Part shown: positions 47,257 through 57,944 of the stretch, piece after piece
How positions within the stretch are numbered: position 1 is the first letter of the stretch
Layout of the letters: each line of letters opens with the position of its first letter
NCBI GenBank assembly: GCA_028687915.1
Contig: JAQTZF010000001.1
Span: 610,634-674,633 of the forward strand
From: Candidatus Daviesbacteria bacterium
GTDB taxonomy: Bacteria; Patescibacteriota; Microgenomatia; Daviesbacterales; UBA10151
DNA length: 64,000 bases
Direction: 5' to 3'
Translations under genes and position numbers: made by a program
The notes under the pieces: model-generated
What the model was told of the DNA's origin: nothing
Database searches by the model: none
The model's input: the letters and a program-made list of their open reading frames with translations, nothing else

Positions 47257-50193
47257 ATGTCTACAGACAAAATCGTAATAAAGGGTGCCAGAGAGCATAA
47301 TCTTAAAAATATTGATCTTGAAATTCCTAAAGGAAAATTAGTGGTTTTAACCGGACTTTCTGGTTCTGGAAAATCTTCTTTGGCCTTTGATACTCTTTAT
47401 GCAGAAGGTCAGCGCAGATACGTAGAATCACTTTCCTCTTATGCCAGGCAATTTTTAGGAGTAATGGATAAGCCTGATGTAGACTATATTGAAGGTTTAT
47501 CTCCAGCAATCTCCATCGATCAAAAAAGCGCTTCTCATAACCCCAGATCCACAGTGGGTACAACAACTGAAATATATGACTATTTAAGGCTTTTATATGC
47601 CAGAATTGGTCATCCACATTGTTCAAATTGTGGAATGGAAGTTTCCCGCATGAGTGTGGAACAAATATTGGAATCAGTTATTAGTAATCAATCATATGAC
47701 ACAAGACAAGGCAGAAGAATTATGATTTTGGCTCCGGTTATTAAAGATAGAAAGGGTGAATATAGCCAGCTTTTTACAGACCTAAAGAAAAAGGGGTTTT
47801 CCAAGGTCAGAGTAGATGGACATGTTAAAGATTTATCAGATGACTTTTTATTAATCAAAACAAATAAACATACAATAGATGCAGTGGTTGATCGTCTAGT
47901 CCTAGATAAGCAGAGCTTGCGAGCTTCTGCAGAAGCTCTTAAAAATTCCGTAAAAGACCAAAATACATTGCTCCGTTTAAGCCAAAGCATTGAAACTGCG
48001 TTAAAGCTTGGAGAAGGATTTGTTATTGTGTCTGATGTTTTAGATGCTTCCCTGGAATTTCCTCCAAATCCTACCAAAATGAAAGATGTTTTGTATTCAG
48101 AAAAGTTTGCCTGTCCTGTTTGTAATATTGCTTTATCAGAGATTGAACCAAGAACATTTTCCTTTAATTCTCCTCATGGAGCTTGCCCAACTTGCACAGG
48201 ATTAGGAATGCTTTTAAAAATAGATCCTGACTCTATTCTTAACCCCATATTAACAATTGCTGAAGGAGGGGTTTTAGCCTGGTCTCACCTTGGGGAAACA
48301 GAAACCTGGTTTAGTAGGTTAATTAAATCAGTTGGGGAAGAATATGGTTTTGATTTAAATACCAGATTAGGTGAATTTAGCCCTGAATCTAAAAAAGTCT
48401 TACTGTATGGAGCAGGTGACCAACAATTTAAAGTAGAAGGTAAAAATAGGGAAGGTAAATGGACTCACTTTAACACCAGCTTTGAAGGTTTGTTAGTAAA
48501 TTTAGAAAGACGCTACCAGGAAACAGAATCAGAATATGTAAAACGTGAAATTGAAAAGTATATGGTTCAGGAAGTTTGTCCTGAATGTCTTGGGGCCAGA
48601 TTAAAAAAAGAAGCACTTTCAATTACCATAAATAATTTTAATATTAGCCAGATGACAGCTCTTCCTATAACAAAGGCTTTGGAATTTGTTGAGGAATTAA
48701 AAGCTCCTCTTTTAAATAATCGTGATTTAACCATTGCTAATTCAATAGTCAAAGAAATTAAAGCCAGGCTACAATTTTTAATTGATGTGGGATTAGATTA
48801 TTTAACATTAGACAGAGCATCAATGACTTTAGCAGGTGGGGAAGCTCAAAGAATTAGATTAGCTTCACAAATTGGCTCAGGTTTATCTGGAGTGTTATAT
48901 GTTTTAGATGAACCTTCAATTGGCTTACACCAAAGAGATAACAGCCGTCTTATTGAAACATTAAAAAGACTTAGAGATTTAGGAAATACTGTAGTTGTGG
49001 TTGAGCATGATGCAGAAACAATGGAAAATGCGGACTTCTTAATTGACTTTGGGCCTGGAGCAGGGGAGCATGGTGGAAATATCGTGGCTCAGGGTACTCC
49101 GGAACAAGTTAAAAGTAACCCAGACTCCTTAACCGGAAAATATTTATCAGGCAAAAAAAAGGTTGGTGTAGATAGCTCTTTGACAAGGCCACAAGTTGAA
49201 GCAGGGGCACTAAAAATAGTTGGGGCTTCTGAACATAACCTAAAAAATATCGATGTAAGATTTCCTTTAGGAAAATTTGTAACTGTAACAGGGGTATCCG
49301 GTTCTGGTAAATCAACATTAGTGCATGATATTTTATATAGATCTTTAGCTTCAAAGTTTTATCATTCCAGAGAAAAGGTTGGAAAACATGAATTAATAGA
49401 AGGTACAGAAAATATTGATAAGGTAGTAATGGTTGACCAGTCTCCAATTGGCAGAACTCCCCGTTCTAATCCTGCAACATATACCGGAGCATTTACCTTT
49501 ATTCGCGAATTATTTGCTAATTCCCCAGAAGCGAAAGTACGGGGATACGGACCAGGCAGGTTTAGCTTTAACGTAAAAGGTGGAAGATGTGAGGTTTGTG
49601 AGGGTGAAGGACAACTTAAAATTGAAATGCAGTTTTTGCCGGATGTTTATGTTGATTGTGAATCCTGTAATGGTAAAAGATATAACAGAGAAGCTCTGGA
49701 GATTACTTTTAAAGAAAAGAATATTGCAGAAGTTTTAGATATGACTGTGGAAGAAGCTTTGATATTTTTTGATAAGATCCCTCAAATAAAAAATAAGTTG
49801 GTAGTTTTAAATGATGTTGGATTAGGTTATATCAGATTGGGTCAGCCAGCCCCAACCTTATCTGGTGGAGAAGCCCAAAGAATAAAATTAAGTTCCGAAC
49901 TTTCTAAAAGACAAACAGGCAGTACTGTTTATATTTTAGATGAGCCTACCACTGGCTTGCATTTTGCAGATATTGAAAGACTGCTTACAATTCTTAGAAA
50001 ACTTGTTAATTTTGGTAATACTGTAATTATTATTGAACATAATTTAGATGTTATTAAAAATACAGACTGGATAATTGATTTAGGTCCGGAAGGTGGAGAA
50101 GGCGGAGGGCAAATTATTGCTCAGGGCTCACCTGCTGAAATTGCTTCCAATAAATCTTCTATAACTGGAAAATATTTGGCTGGTATACTTTAA
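47257..50193 (+). CDS. uvrA: excinuclease ABC subunit A
   Basis: two ABC modules ([12 protein letters not shown]; [11 protein letters not shown]), zinc-finger CxxC pairs, LSGGE signatures; RBS AAGGAG. Confidence 0.95.
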   Translation: MSTDKIVIKGAREHNLKNIDLEIPKGKLVVLTGLSGSGKSSLAFDTLYAEGQRRYVESLSSYARQFLGVMDKPDVDYIEGLSPAISIDQKSASHNPRSTVGTTTEIYDYLRLLYARIGHPHCSNCGMEVSRMSVEQILESVISNQSYDTRQGRRIMILAPVIKDRKGEYSQLFTDLKKKGFSKVRVDGHVKDLSDDFLLIKTNKHTIDAVVDRLVLDKQSLRASAEALKNSVKDQNTLLRLSQSIETALKLGEGFVIVSDVLDASLEFPPNPTKMKDVLYSEKFACPVCNIALSEIEPRTFSFNSPHGACPTCTGLGMLLKIDPDSILNPILTIAEGGVLAWSHLGETETWFSRLIKSVGEEYGFDLNTRLGEFSPESKKVLLYGAGDQQFKVEGKNREGKWTHFNTSFEGLLVNLERRYQETESEYVKREIEKYMVQEVCPECLGARLKKEALSITINNFNISQMTALPITKALEFVEELKAPLLNNRDLTIANSIVKEIKARLQFLIDVGLDYLTLDRASMTLAGGEAQRIRLASQIGSGLSGVLYVLDEPSIGLHQRDNSRLIETLKRLRDLGNTVVVVEHDAETMENADFLIDFGPGAGEHGGNIVAQGTPEQVKSNPDSLTGKYLSGKKKVGVDSSLTRPQVEAGALKIVGASEHNLKNIDVRFPLGKFVTVTGVSGSGKSTLVHDILYRSLASKFYHSREKVGKHELIEGTENIDKVVMVDQSPIGRTPRSNPATYTGAFTFIRELFANSPEAKVRGYGPGRFSFNVKGGRCEVCEGEGQLKIEMQFLPDVYVDCESCNGKRYNREALEITFKEKNIAEVLDMTVEEALIFFDKIPQIKNKLVVLNDVGLGYIRLGQPAPTLSGGEAQRIKLSSELSKRQTGSTVYILDEPTTGLHFADIERLLTILRKLVNFGNTVIIIEHNLDVIKNTDWIIDLGPEGGEGGGQIIAQGSPAEIASNKSSITGKYLAGIL

Positions 50194-50216
50194 AACAATT
50201 CCAAATTTGTTCTATA

Positions 50217-52061
50217 ATGATTCAAATGGCAAAAAGATTAGTTTTATCAATAGTTCTTTTTTTGATTATCCTAATAATTCCTAAATCAACTTTTGCAGCG
50301 AATGAATTTAAAACTGACTATAATGTGAGCTATGATATCGGGCTGGATGGCGTAACTCAGGTTACAGAAAAAATAACACTTACTAATTTAACAGAAACTT
50401 TTTATGCTTCTACTTTTTTATTAACAATTGGAGCTACTTCTTTAAGTGATGTTTCTGCCATTGATAAGCAGGGTGATATGGGAGCTACAGTAGAAGTTAA
50501 GGATAATAAAAGTGTAGTTAGTTTGAAATTTAATGAGCAAATAACAGGTATAGGAAAGACTCAGGCATTTGTACTGAAATATAGATCTAAAGACTTTGTA
50601 GAAAAAATAGGAAAAAATTGGGAAGTTAATTTACCAAGAATTCATGAGGGAACAGATGTAGAAAGTTATAATTTAAATTTAGCTGTGCCTTTTGCTTTTG
50701 GTGAACCAACAGTTATAGTTCCCAAACCAAAATCAGAGTCAGATGGCTCTGGAAAGTTAACTATAAACTTTACCAAGGAACAGTTAGCAAATAGTGGTGT
50801 CTCAGTAAGATTTGGCAGCACTCAGGTTTTTGATTATAGTTTAAAATATTCTCTAAATAATTCTTCTTTCCTTCCAAATGTTTCTTTTATTACCCTGCCA
50901 ATGGATACAAACTATCAAAATGTTTTAATTTCATCAATTACTCCTCAACCTTTGAATGTAACAATAGATTCTGATGGTAATTACCGGGCCTGGTACCAAG
51001 TTGAAAAACGTTCTACTTTAGAAATAGCAGTGAAAGGACAAGTTGAGTTATTAATAAATCCAAAAAGTAATTTTTCAAAATTACAAAAAAGTGAAATTTC
51101 AAATTTAACTAAGTCTGATAAATTTTGGGAAAAAGATAATCCCAGTATGAAGGCTACTATTGCAGAGATATTTAAAAAAGGGCAACCAAAAACCACCCAA
51201 GAAAAAGCAAAGCTTATTTATGCATATGTAGTTTCAACCTTAAAATTTAATTCAAATAAATCCTCTTCTTTACCAAGATTAGGCGCATTTACTACTTTAT
51301 CCAACATAGATAAGGCTTCAGCAGAAGAATTTACAGATTTATTTATAACTTTGTCCAGGGCTGATGGAATTCCTGCAAGAGAATTAGTAGGCTATGCAAA
51401 TAGCAACAATAAACAATTAAGGCCGCTTTCAGTTATTTCAGATGTACTACACACCTGGCCGGAATATTATGATGAACAGCAGGGGTGGGTAATGATAGAT
51501 CCAACATGGGAACAAACATCCGGCGGAGTAGACTATTTTAGTAAACTAGACTTGAATCATTTTGTGTTAAATATTCGTGGTAATTCTTCAGAGTTACCAG
51601 TCTCTATTACCACTGTGGAAATAAAAGCATCTGAGGGTGAATTTAATATATTAATAAAACCGGATGTGCAAATTGAAATAAATAACAATATTTGGTCAGG
51701 TTTACCAGGAACTGTTACTATAAAGATTTTAAATAGTGGAAATGCTTTAATTCCAACGAACAGTTTAAGCATTAATTCTGATAAAATTAATATTTTAAAT
51801 TCTAAGAATATCTTAATAAGTTCTATACCTCCAGCTGGCTTCACTTCATTCAAAATTAATTTTAGAGCACCTTTTTTAAAACAGTCTGATAAGGATGAAA
51901 TAGTGATTGATTACATGGGTCAAAGATATATTAAAGAAGTTAAGATTGAACCTTTCTTTGTCCTTCAGCTATTTCCATACCTATTTATTTTCCTGACTGT
52001 CTTAGTAGTTGGTCTTTATTCTTTGGTATTAGGAATTCACCACCATAAAAATAAAAAATAG
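50217..52061 (+). CDS. secreted, C-terminally membrane-anchored transglutaminase-like domain protein lacking the catalytic Cys
   Basis: FTDLFITLSRADGIPARELVGY ... HTWPEYYDEQQGWVMIDPT (His/Asp retained, Cys position is E/T). Confidence 0.5.
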   Translation: MIQMAKRLVLSIVLFLIILIIPKSTFAANEFKTDYNVSYDIGLDGVTQVTEKITLTNLTETFYASTFLLTIGATSLSDVSAIDKQGDMGATVEVKDNKSVVSLKFNEQITGIGKTQAFVLKYRSKDFVEKIGKNWEVNLPRIHEGTDVESYNLNLAVPFAFGEPTVIVPKPKSESDGSGKLTINFTKEQLANSGVSVRFGSTQVFDYSLKYSLNNSSFLPNVSFITLPMDTNYQNVLISSITPQPLNVTIDSDGNYRAWYQVEKRSTLEIAVKGQVELLINPKSNFSKLQKSEISNLTKSDKFWEKDNPSMKATIAEIFKKGQPKTTQEKAKLIYAYVVSTLKFNSNKSSSLPRLGAFTTLSNIDKASAEEFTDLFITLSRADGIPARELVGYANSNNKQLRPLSVISDVLHTWPEYYDEQQGWVMIDPTWEQTSGGVDYFSKLDLNHFVLNIRGNSSELPVSITTVEIKASEGEFNILIKPDVQIEINNNIWSGLPGTVTIKILNSGNALIPTNSLSINSDKINILNSKNILISSIPPAGFTSFKINFRAPFLKQSDKDEIVIDYMGQRYIKEVKIEPFFVLQLFPYLFIFLTVLVVGLYSLVLGIHHHKNKK

Positions 52062-52085
52062 GTTTTAGTGTATAATAGCGGCGCT

Positions 52086-53357
52086 ATGATCCCAAATTCA
52101 TTCGATCGTTTAAAAATACCGCACAAGCCTGGAATATATATCTATAAAGATAAATCTGGGAATATATTATATGTTGGAAAAGCAATTGATCTTTATCACA
52201 GAGTAGGTTCATATTTTACTGGTAAAAATAAAGATCCTAAAACAGCAAAGTTAGTATCAGAAATTCACTCTTTAGAAACAATTATTGTTGAATCGGAAAT
52301 TGAAGCCTTAATTCTAGAGGCAAATTATATAAAGAGGTACTTACCACCTTTTAATATAAGGCTAACAGATGATAAAGATTACTTATATATAAAGATTACT
52401 AAAGAAGAGTTTCCTCAGATATTAGTTGCCAGGAAACAAGACCTGGGGGATGCAAAAGAATATTTTGGACCATTTCCCTCTGGCAGGACTGTTAGAACTA
52501 CTTTAAAAAAATTAAGAAGATTTTTTCCCTGGTGTTCTATTTCCAATGACCCCTTAAAAACAAAAAGTAAGAGACCTTGTTTTTATTATCACCTGGGTCT
52601 TTGTCCAGGAAGCTGTGCGGATATTGTTGATAAACATGAATACAATAAAATTATCAGACAGTTTTCCAGCTTTATGCAGGGTAAAAAAGAGGAAGTTTTA
52701 GAAGAGTATGAAAAAGAAATGAATGGTTATGTAAAAAGCCTTGAATTTGAAAGGGCTGAACAAATTAAAGTTACTCTTGAAGGACTAAAATATTTACTAC
52801 AGAGTAATAGAACTTCTGTTTATCTGGAGAATCCAAATTTTATTGAAGATCAAACTAAAAAAGCTGTGCAGGAATTAAAAGATGTTTTAAAACTAGATCA
52901 TATTCCCCAAAGAATAGAATGTTACGATATCTCAAACACAATGGGTCAGCAGGCTGTAGGGTCTTTGGTAGTCTTAACTGGCGGAGAAGTTGATAAGAAA
53001 TGGTATCGAAGATTTAAAATAAGGCTTGAGAATAAACCAAATGATGTGATGATGCTAAGAGAAATGGTGCAAAGGCGCTGCAGGCATCATGAATGGCCAA
53101 AACCAGACCTGATCCTTGTTGATGGAGGTAAACCCCAAGTAGGAGCAGTAAGCGAGCAGATAAAGCTTGCAGGATGGAATGTGCCTGTATTTGGTTTAGC
53201 CAAAAGGTTGGAATTGGTAGTAGCAGCAGATTATTCAACAATTAGATTACCCCGGAATTCGCTAGCTTTAAAGATTTTGCAAAGAATTAGAGATGAAGCT
53301 CACCGTTTTGCGATTATCTATCATAGAAAATTAAGAAGTTCCTTTAGTTTCTCTTAA
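52086..53357 (+). CDS. uvrC: excinuclease ABC subunit C lacking C-terminal (HhH)2 domain (listed ORF starts at GTG 52068)
   Basis: GIY-YIG (PGIYIYKD..ILYVGKA), UVR domain (EFERAEQIK), endonuclease domain ending RDEAHRFAIIYHRK then stop. Confidence 0.85.
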   Translation: MIPNSFDRLKIPHKPGIYIYKDKSGNILYVGKAIDLYHRVGSYFTGKNKDPKTAKLVSEIHSLETIIVESEIEALILEANYIKRYLPPFNIRLTDDKDYLYIKITKEEFPQILVARKQDLGDAKEYFGPFPSGRTVRTTLKKLRRFFPWCSISNDPLKTKSKRPCFYYHLGLCPGSCADIVDKHEYNKIIRQFSSFMQGKKEEVLEEYEKEMNGYVKSLEFERAEQIKVTLEGLKYLLQSNRTSVYLENPNFIEDQTKKAVQELKDVLKLDHIPQRIECYDISNTMGQQAVGSLVVLTGGEVDKKWYRRFKIRLENKPNDVMMLREMVQRRCRHHEWPKPDLILVDGGKPQVGAVSEQIKLAGWNVPVFGLAKRLELVVAADYSTIRLPRNSLALKILQRIRDEAHRFAIIYHRKLRSSFSFS

Positions 53358-53379
53358 ACGTTGTATAATAAAAAAAGTA

Positions 53380-53781
53380 ATGAAATCTGTCATTAGAAAT
53401 TACTTGATTAATTTGGGTGCTTTGTGGGTTACCACCCAGGTTTTACCAGCTATTAGTATAGTTGGCGGTGCCAAGGGATTATTTATAGGAGCTTTAGCTT
53501 TTATGATAGCAAATATTCTACTGGTACCTTTATTAAAGATCCTGCTTTTACCTCTAAATTTACTAACATTAGGTCTTTTTGCCTGGTTAAGTAATGTTTT
53601 AGCCTTATACTTTTTAGTAAATGTAGTACCATACTTTAGAGTTTCCCCATATAGCTTTAGTGGAATTTATTGGCAGGGGTTTTCTCTTCCAGCTGTGGAT
53701 TTAACAGTTTTTCAGGTTGTTATTATTGCCTCGCTGCTATTGGGTTTTATTATTCATTTTTCAAATTGGTTAGTTAAGTAA
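53380..53781 (+). CDS. DUF360/YvlD (phage_holin_4_2-like) 4-TM membrane protein
   Basis: GALWVTTQVLP...LGLFAWLSNVLALYFL pattern. Confidence 0.55.
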   Translation: MKSVIRNYLINLGALWVTTQVLPAISIVGGAKGLFIGALAFMIANILLVPLLKILLLPLNLLTLGLFAWLSNVLALYFLVNVVPYFRVSPYSFSGIYWQGFSLPAVDLTVFQVVIIASLLLGFIIHFSNWLVK

Positions 53782-53834
53782 CAACCACTTTGATTAATTA
53801 GTTTAAAAAGTGTAGAATTAAATTCGAATTATTT

Positions 53835-54050
53835 ATGAACAATATTATTACTATCATTCAAATGGTTTTAGGGGTTCTCCTTATGGCACTAGTTTTATTA
53901 CAAGCTAAAGGGACTGGTATGGGATCCACTTTTGGCGGTGATATGGGCTTCTACCGAACAAAAAGAGGATTCGAAAAATTAATGTTTAGAGGCACCATTC
54001 TTGTTGTGGCATTATTTATTATTACTTCTTTAATAGAATTAATTAAGTGA
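53835..54050 (+). CDS. secG: preprotein translocase subunit SecG
   Basis: 71 aa, two TM, LLQAKGTGMGSTFGG motif. Confidence 0.75.
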   Translation: MNNIITIIQMVLGVLLMALVLLQAKGTGMGSTFGGDMGFYRTKRGFEKLMFRGTILVVALFIITSLIELIK

Positions 54051-55489
54051 ACAATATAAAATTTTTCAGGCTCTATTTGCAAAGACTGCTTCATCGTTAC
54101 GCCCAGAAAATTCTGAGTTCATCCAAGGAAACTGAATTTACCAGCAAGAACTTAATAAGTAAATTTATTTATATTTTCATACTCATGTTTGTTTTGACTT
54201 TAGTCATTTCCATTTTATCTAAAAACCAAACCAACCTTACTTGCCCAATTGTTTCTGAAGGAATTGTAGGTGCCTATAATCGAACGAATTTACCCCCTAG
54301 TGTTACTTCGTTGTTATCCGGTAGCTTATTTGTGTTAGATAAGTCAGGCAGCCCTTCCGCAAGTTTGGTAGATAAGATTGATGTAAACCAGGATAATACA
54401 CTCTTTAATATTACCTTAAAGAATGGTCTGATGTGGAATGATGGTACTGCTGTAAAATCATCCGATATTAAAATAAATTTACCGGATATTGAGGTAACTT
54501 ATCCTAATAATCAAACAATTAGTTTTAAACTGGCTGACAGTTTTTCCCCTTTTTTGGGATTACTTACAACCCCTGTACTTAAACCAAATAGTCTAGTTGG
54601 TTTAGGGAAATATAAAGTTAACTATCAGGAAATTAATAGGGGACATATTTCAAAATTAGTTTTAGAACCAATCAACAAAAACAGTTGCAAAGATAATCCT
54701 CTCGTATCAATACGTTTTTATCAGGATGAGCAGACAATTAAAACAGCTTTTAATTTAGGAGAGATTGATGCTATTTTAGCAATTCAGGATACTAATGATT
54801 TTTCTAAGCAATCGAATGTGACTATTAAAAAAATACAAAATTATAATAAATTAGTTGCAATTTTTTACAATATTAAGGATTCAATTCTAGATAAAAATTA
54901 TCGTAAAGCACTTAATTATTCAGTAAATACGGTTAAAGGAGAGGATGAAGCTGATACGTCTATTCCTACGATATCATGGGCACATAATAATGATTTAAAG
55001 GAAGTGCGTGGTGATATTGCCTCTGCAAAGACATTCTTAGCTAAAGTGGAAACCGGAAAAGATAAACCAGTTGTTATTACAACATCAACATACTTTGAAG
55101 GTCTTGCCCAAAAGGTTGTTGAAGATTGGAAAAAGATTGGTGTTAATGCTGTTATAAGGACAGAGAGTGGTAATCCACAAAATTTTCAGGCTTTATTAAC
55201 AACTGTCTCCATACCACATGATCCTGACCAGTATGCACTTTGGCATTCAACTCAAACAAATACAAATATTTCAAAATATTCTTCACCTAGGGTGGATAAG
55301 GATTTAGAGGATGGGAGAAAAACAACTAATATAGATAACAGAAAAGAAAAATATTTTGACTTTCAAAAAGTTATTCAGGATGATGTACCTGCAACCTTTC
55401 TTTATTTTCCTAAAATTAATATAGTCTATCGTAAGAAAGTTGAAACAAATTTAAATAAGATTTTACCAAGCCAGATAGTACAATTCTAA
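54047..55489 (+). CDS. membrane-anchored solute-binding-protein family 5-like protein
   Basis: MWNDGTAVKSSDI ~ SBP_bac_5 motif; common secG-neighbour in CPR-like genomes (inference). Confidence 0.4.
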   Translation: MNNIKFFRLYLQRLLHRYAQKILSSSKETEFTSKNLISKFIYIFILMFVLTLVISILSKNQTNLTCPIVSEGIVGAYNRTNLPPSVTSLLSGSLFVLDKSGSPSASLVDKIDVNQDNTLFNITLKNGLMWNDGTAVKSSDIKINLPDIEVTYPNNQTISFKLADSFSPFLGLLTTPVLKPNSLVGLGKYKVNYQEINRGHISKLVLEPINKNSCKDNPLVSIRFYQDEQTIKTAFNLGEIDAILAIQDTNDFSKQSNVTIKKIQNYNKLVAIFYNIKDSILDKNYRKALNYSVNTVKGEDEADTSIPTISWAHNNDLKEVRGDIASAKTFLAKVETGKDKPVVITTSTYFEGLAQKVVEDWKKIGVNAVIRTESGNPQNFQALLTTVSIPHDPDQYALWHSTQTNTNISKYSSPRVDKDLEDGRKTTNIDNRKEKYFDFQKVIQDDVPATFLYFPKINIVYRKKVETNLNKILPSQIVQF

Positions 55490-55491
55490 GC

Positions 55492-57267
55492 TTAGTTAGT
55501 TTTGCGGATACGGACGTTTTTTGGCGTAACTTCAACAATCTCATCATCTGCACCAACAATATATTCTAAGGCTCTTTCTAAAGTCATTAGTTCAGGTACA
55601 TTAAAATGTTCTGAAACTCCTTCACCAGCAGACCTGTGATTTGTTTGTTGTTTTTCCTTACAGACATTTATTTTAATATCATCTTCTCTGGCATTTGATC
55701 CAATTACCTGTCCTGCATAAACCTGGGTTGCAGGTCCGATAAACAAGTCTCCTCTTCCTTGTGCTGCCAATAAGCCAAAGAGTTTGGTAACACCACTTTC
55801 AAAAACAACAAGAGAGCCTCTTTCCCTGGAAAAGTTTCCACCTGTGTCTTTGCGATATTCTAAGAAGGCGCTATTAATAATCCCAAGTCCGTGAGTTGCT
55901 GTGATAAATTCACTTCGGTAACCAAAAAGCTCTTTGGTAGCTATTACAAATTCCATTGAAACTATGCCATTTTCGGAATTCATTTGTTGTAATATTCCAT
56001 GTCTAAGCCCCATTTTTTGCATTACAGCTCCTGAATATTCTTCCGGTACTTCAATTGAAACACTTTCAATTGGTGTGTGAATTACTCCATCGATTTCTTT
56101 TTCAATAACCTGAGGACGGGACACTTGAAATTCGTAACCTTCTCGTCTCATTCTTTCGATTAATATAGCTAAATGTAATTCTCCCCGACCGGAAATAATC
56201 CATCCTCCACCTGTGTCTTCTACCTGAAGAGCAACATCTGTTTCCAGTTCTTTATAAAGTCTTTCCTGAATTTGTCTTGAGGTTTTATACACACCTTCAC
56301 GTCCTGCAAAAGGGGAAGCATTTACTGAAACTGTCATTCTAATTGTTGGTTCTTCAATATCCAAAAGCGGTAAGGCTTCCGGGTTTTTTAGATCAGCAAT
56401 TGTTTCTCCGATAGTAATATCCGGAATACCGGCAATTGCACAAATATCTCCTGCCTGGACCTCTGAAGTATCTAATCTTTCTAGGCCTGAAAATGTCATA
56501 AGAGATGTTAAATGACATTTCTTCATTTCACCAGCGCGATTAATCCAGGTTACATCTTGTGCGGCATTTAACTTACCATTGTAAACTCTTCCTACAGCGA
56601 TTCTGCCCTTAAAATTATCGCCAACTGTAGAAGTAATTAACATTTGTAATGGTTTATCAGAAGAACCTGTTGGAGCTGGAATATGTTCTAAAATAGCATC
56701 AAAAATAGGAGTAATATCTTCCATTTTATCCAAATCTGGTTCTAAGCCTGCTTTTGCTAATTTACTTGAACAATAAACAGTAGGGAAATATGCAGTTTCT
56801 TCATCTGCTCCTAGTTCTAGGAATAAATCAAAGGTTTTATTTAATACTTCCTGAATTCGAGCATCAGCTTTATCAATTTTATTTATAACCACAATAACCT
56901 TGTGTTTCATTTCTAAGGCTCTCTTTAAAACAAATCTGGTTTGAGGCATTGGCCCTTCTTTAGCATCGATTAGTAATAAACAACCATCAGCCATTTTTAA
57001 CACTCGTTCTACTTCTCCACCAAAGTCAGCGTGTCCGGGAGTATCAATAATATTAATTTTTATATCTTTCCAGATAATTGAAGCGTTCTTGGAGAAAATA
57101 GTAATTCCTCTTTCTTTTTCTAAATCATTGTTATCCATGATTAAATGGGAGGTTTCTGTAAATTCCTTACCTAATTTAGTAGAAGATTGGCGAAGTAAAG
57201 CATCCACTAAAGTGGTTTTACCGTGATCTACGTGAGCAATGATGGCTACGTTTCTTATGTTATTCAT
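55492..57267 (-). CDS. typA: translational GTPase TypA/BipA (start ATG 57267 with GAGGAAA RBS; listed ORF begins at TTG 57279)
   Basis: IRNVAIIAHVDHGKTTLVD, DTPGHADF, NKIDK G-motifs; EF-G-like domains. Confidence 0.9.
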   Translation of the reverse strand: MNNIRNVAIIAHVDHGKTTLVDALLRQSSTKLGKEFTETSHLIMDNNDLEKERGITIFSKNASIIWKDIKINIIDTPGHADFGGEVERVLKMADGCLLLIDAKEGPMPQTRFVLKRALEMKHKVIVVINKIDKADARIQEVLNKTFDLFLELGADEETAYFPTVYCSSKLAKAGLEPDLDKMEDITPIFDAILEHIPAPTGSSDKPLQMLITSTVGDNFKGRIAVGRVYNGKLNAAQDVTWINRAGEMKKCHLTSLMTFSGLERLDTSEVQAGDICAIAGIPDITIGETIADLKNPEALPLLDIEEPTIRMTVSVNASPFAGREGVYKTSRQIQERLYKELETDVALQVEDTGGGWIISGRGELHLAILIERMRREGYEFQVSRPQVIEKEIDGVIHTPIESVSIEVPEEYSGAVMQKMGLRHGILQQMNSENGIVSMEFVIATKELFGYRSEFITATHGLGIINSAFLEYRKDTGGNFSRERGSLVVFESGVTKLFGLLAAQGRGDLFIGPATQVYAGQVIGSNAREDDIKINVCKEKQQTNHRSAGEGVSEHFNVPELMTLERALEYIVGADDEIVEVTPKNVRIRKTN

Positions 57268-57346
57268 TGGTTTCCTCAAAAATTCGCTTTACGCGATCCT
57301 TAATGATACCATTTTCAGCTTCAAAGTACAAATTACAATTATGATT

Positions 57347-57922
57347 TTACCTAATAAATTGTCTGAAGAAATTAATATAAATTTGGTAAAAAGAATAAAA
57401 TAGATATCCATTTAGTATTAAAAGTGAGGGGAATATTAAGATTTTTTCTAATAATCCACCTGTATTTATTCTAAAAGCTCTTAAAGGTGGAAAGCCAAAA
57501 CGAATTGGAATAGGGAATAACCAAGGTACACCTTCTTGGGTAAGGCTATCCATAATTAAATGGGAAATTAAGCCAATCATAAATGCCCACCAAACAATAT
57601 CCATGTTTACAAGTAGTGTAGCGCTTGCTAGTCCTAACAACCGCTTCATTATGAGCCCAAAAATTATTAAACCTAATATAGAATGGGAAATTAAACGATG
57701 GCCCCGAAATAAGGGGTGAAGGATTCTACCCATAAAAGTTCCTGCAGGAACTTTTTGCCAAAAAGATGAAGTTGCAGTATCAATATCTGGTGCAAGGCCT
57801 CCTATAAAACAAGCACCCAGGGAAACCAAGGCTGTGGATAAACTTATAGGTGGTAAGGCTTGTGTGGTTAAAATTAGATTTACAGCAGTGAACGCTGCAA
57901 GATCATGAGTTCTTCCAGTCAT
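57347..57922 (-). CDS. YdjM family inner-membrane metal-dependent hydrolase-like protein
   Basis: APDIDTATS, GHRLISHS, GLISHLIMDSLTQEGVPWLFP collinear with E. coli YdjM motifs. Confidence 0.65.
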   Translation of the reverse strand: MTGRTHDLAAFTAVNLILTTQALPPISLSTALVSLGACFIGGLAPDIDTATSSFWQKVPAGTFMGRILHPLFRGHRLISHSILGLIIFGLIMKRLLGLASATLLVNMDIVWWAFMIGLISHLIMDSLTQEGVPWLFPIPIRFGFPPLRAFRINTGGLLEKILIFPSLLILNGYLFYSFYQIYINFFRQFIR

Positions 57923-57944
57923 AACCTGAGTTTAACATATATCT

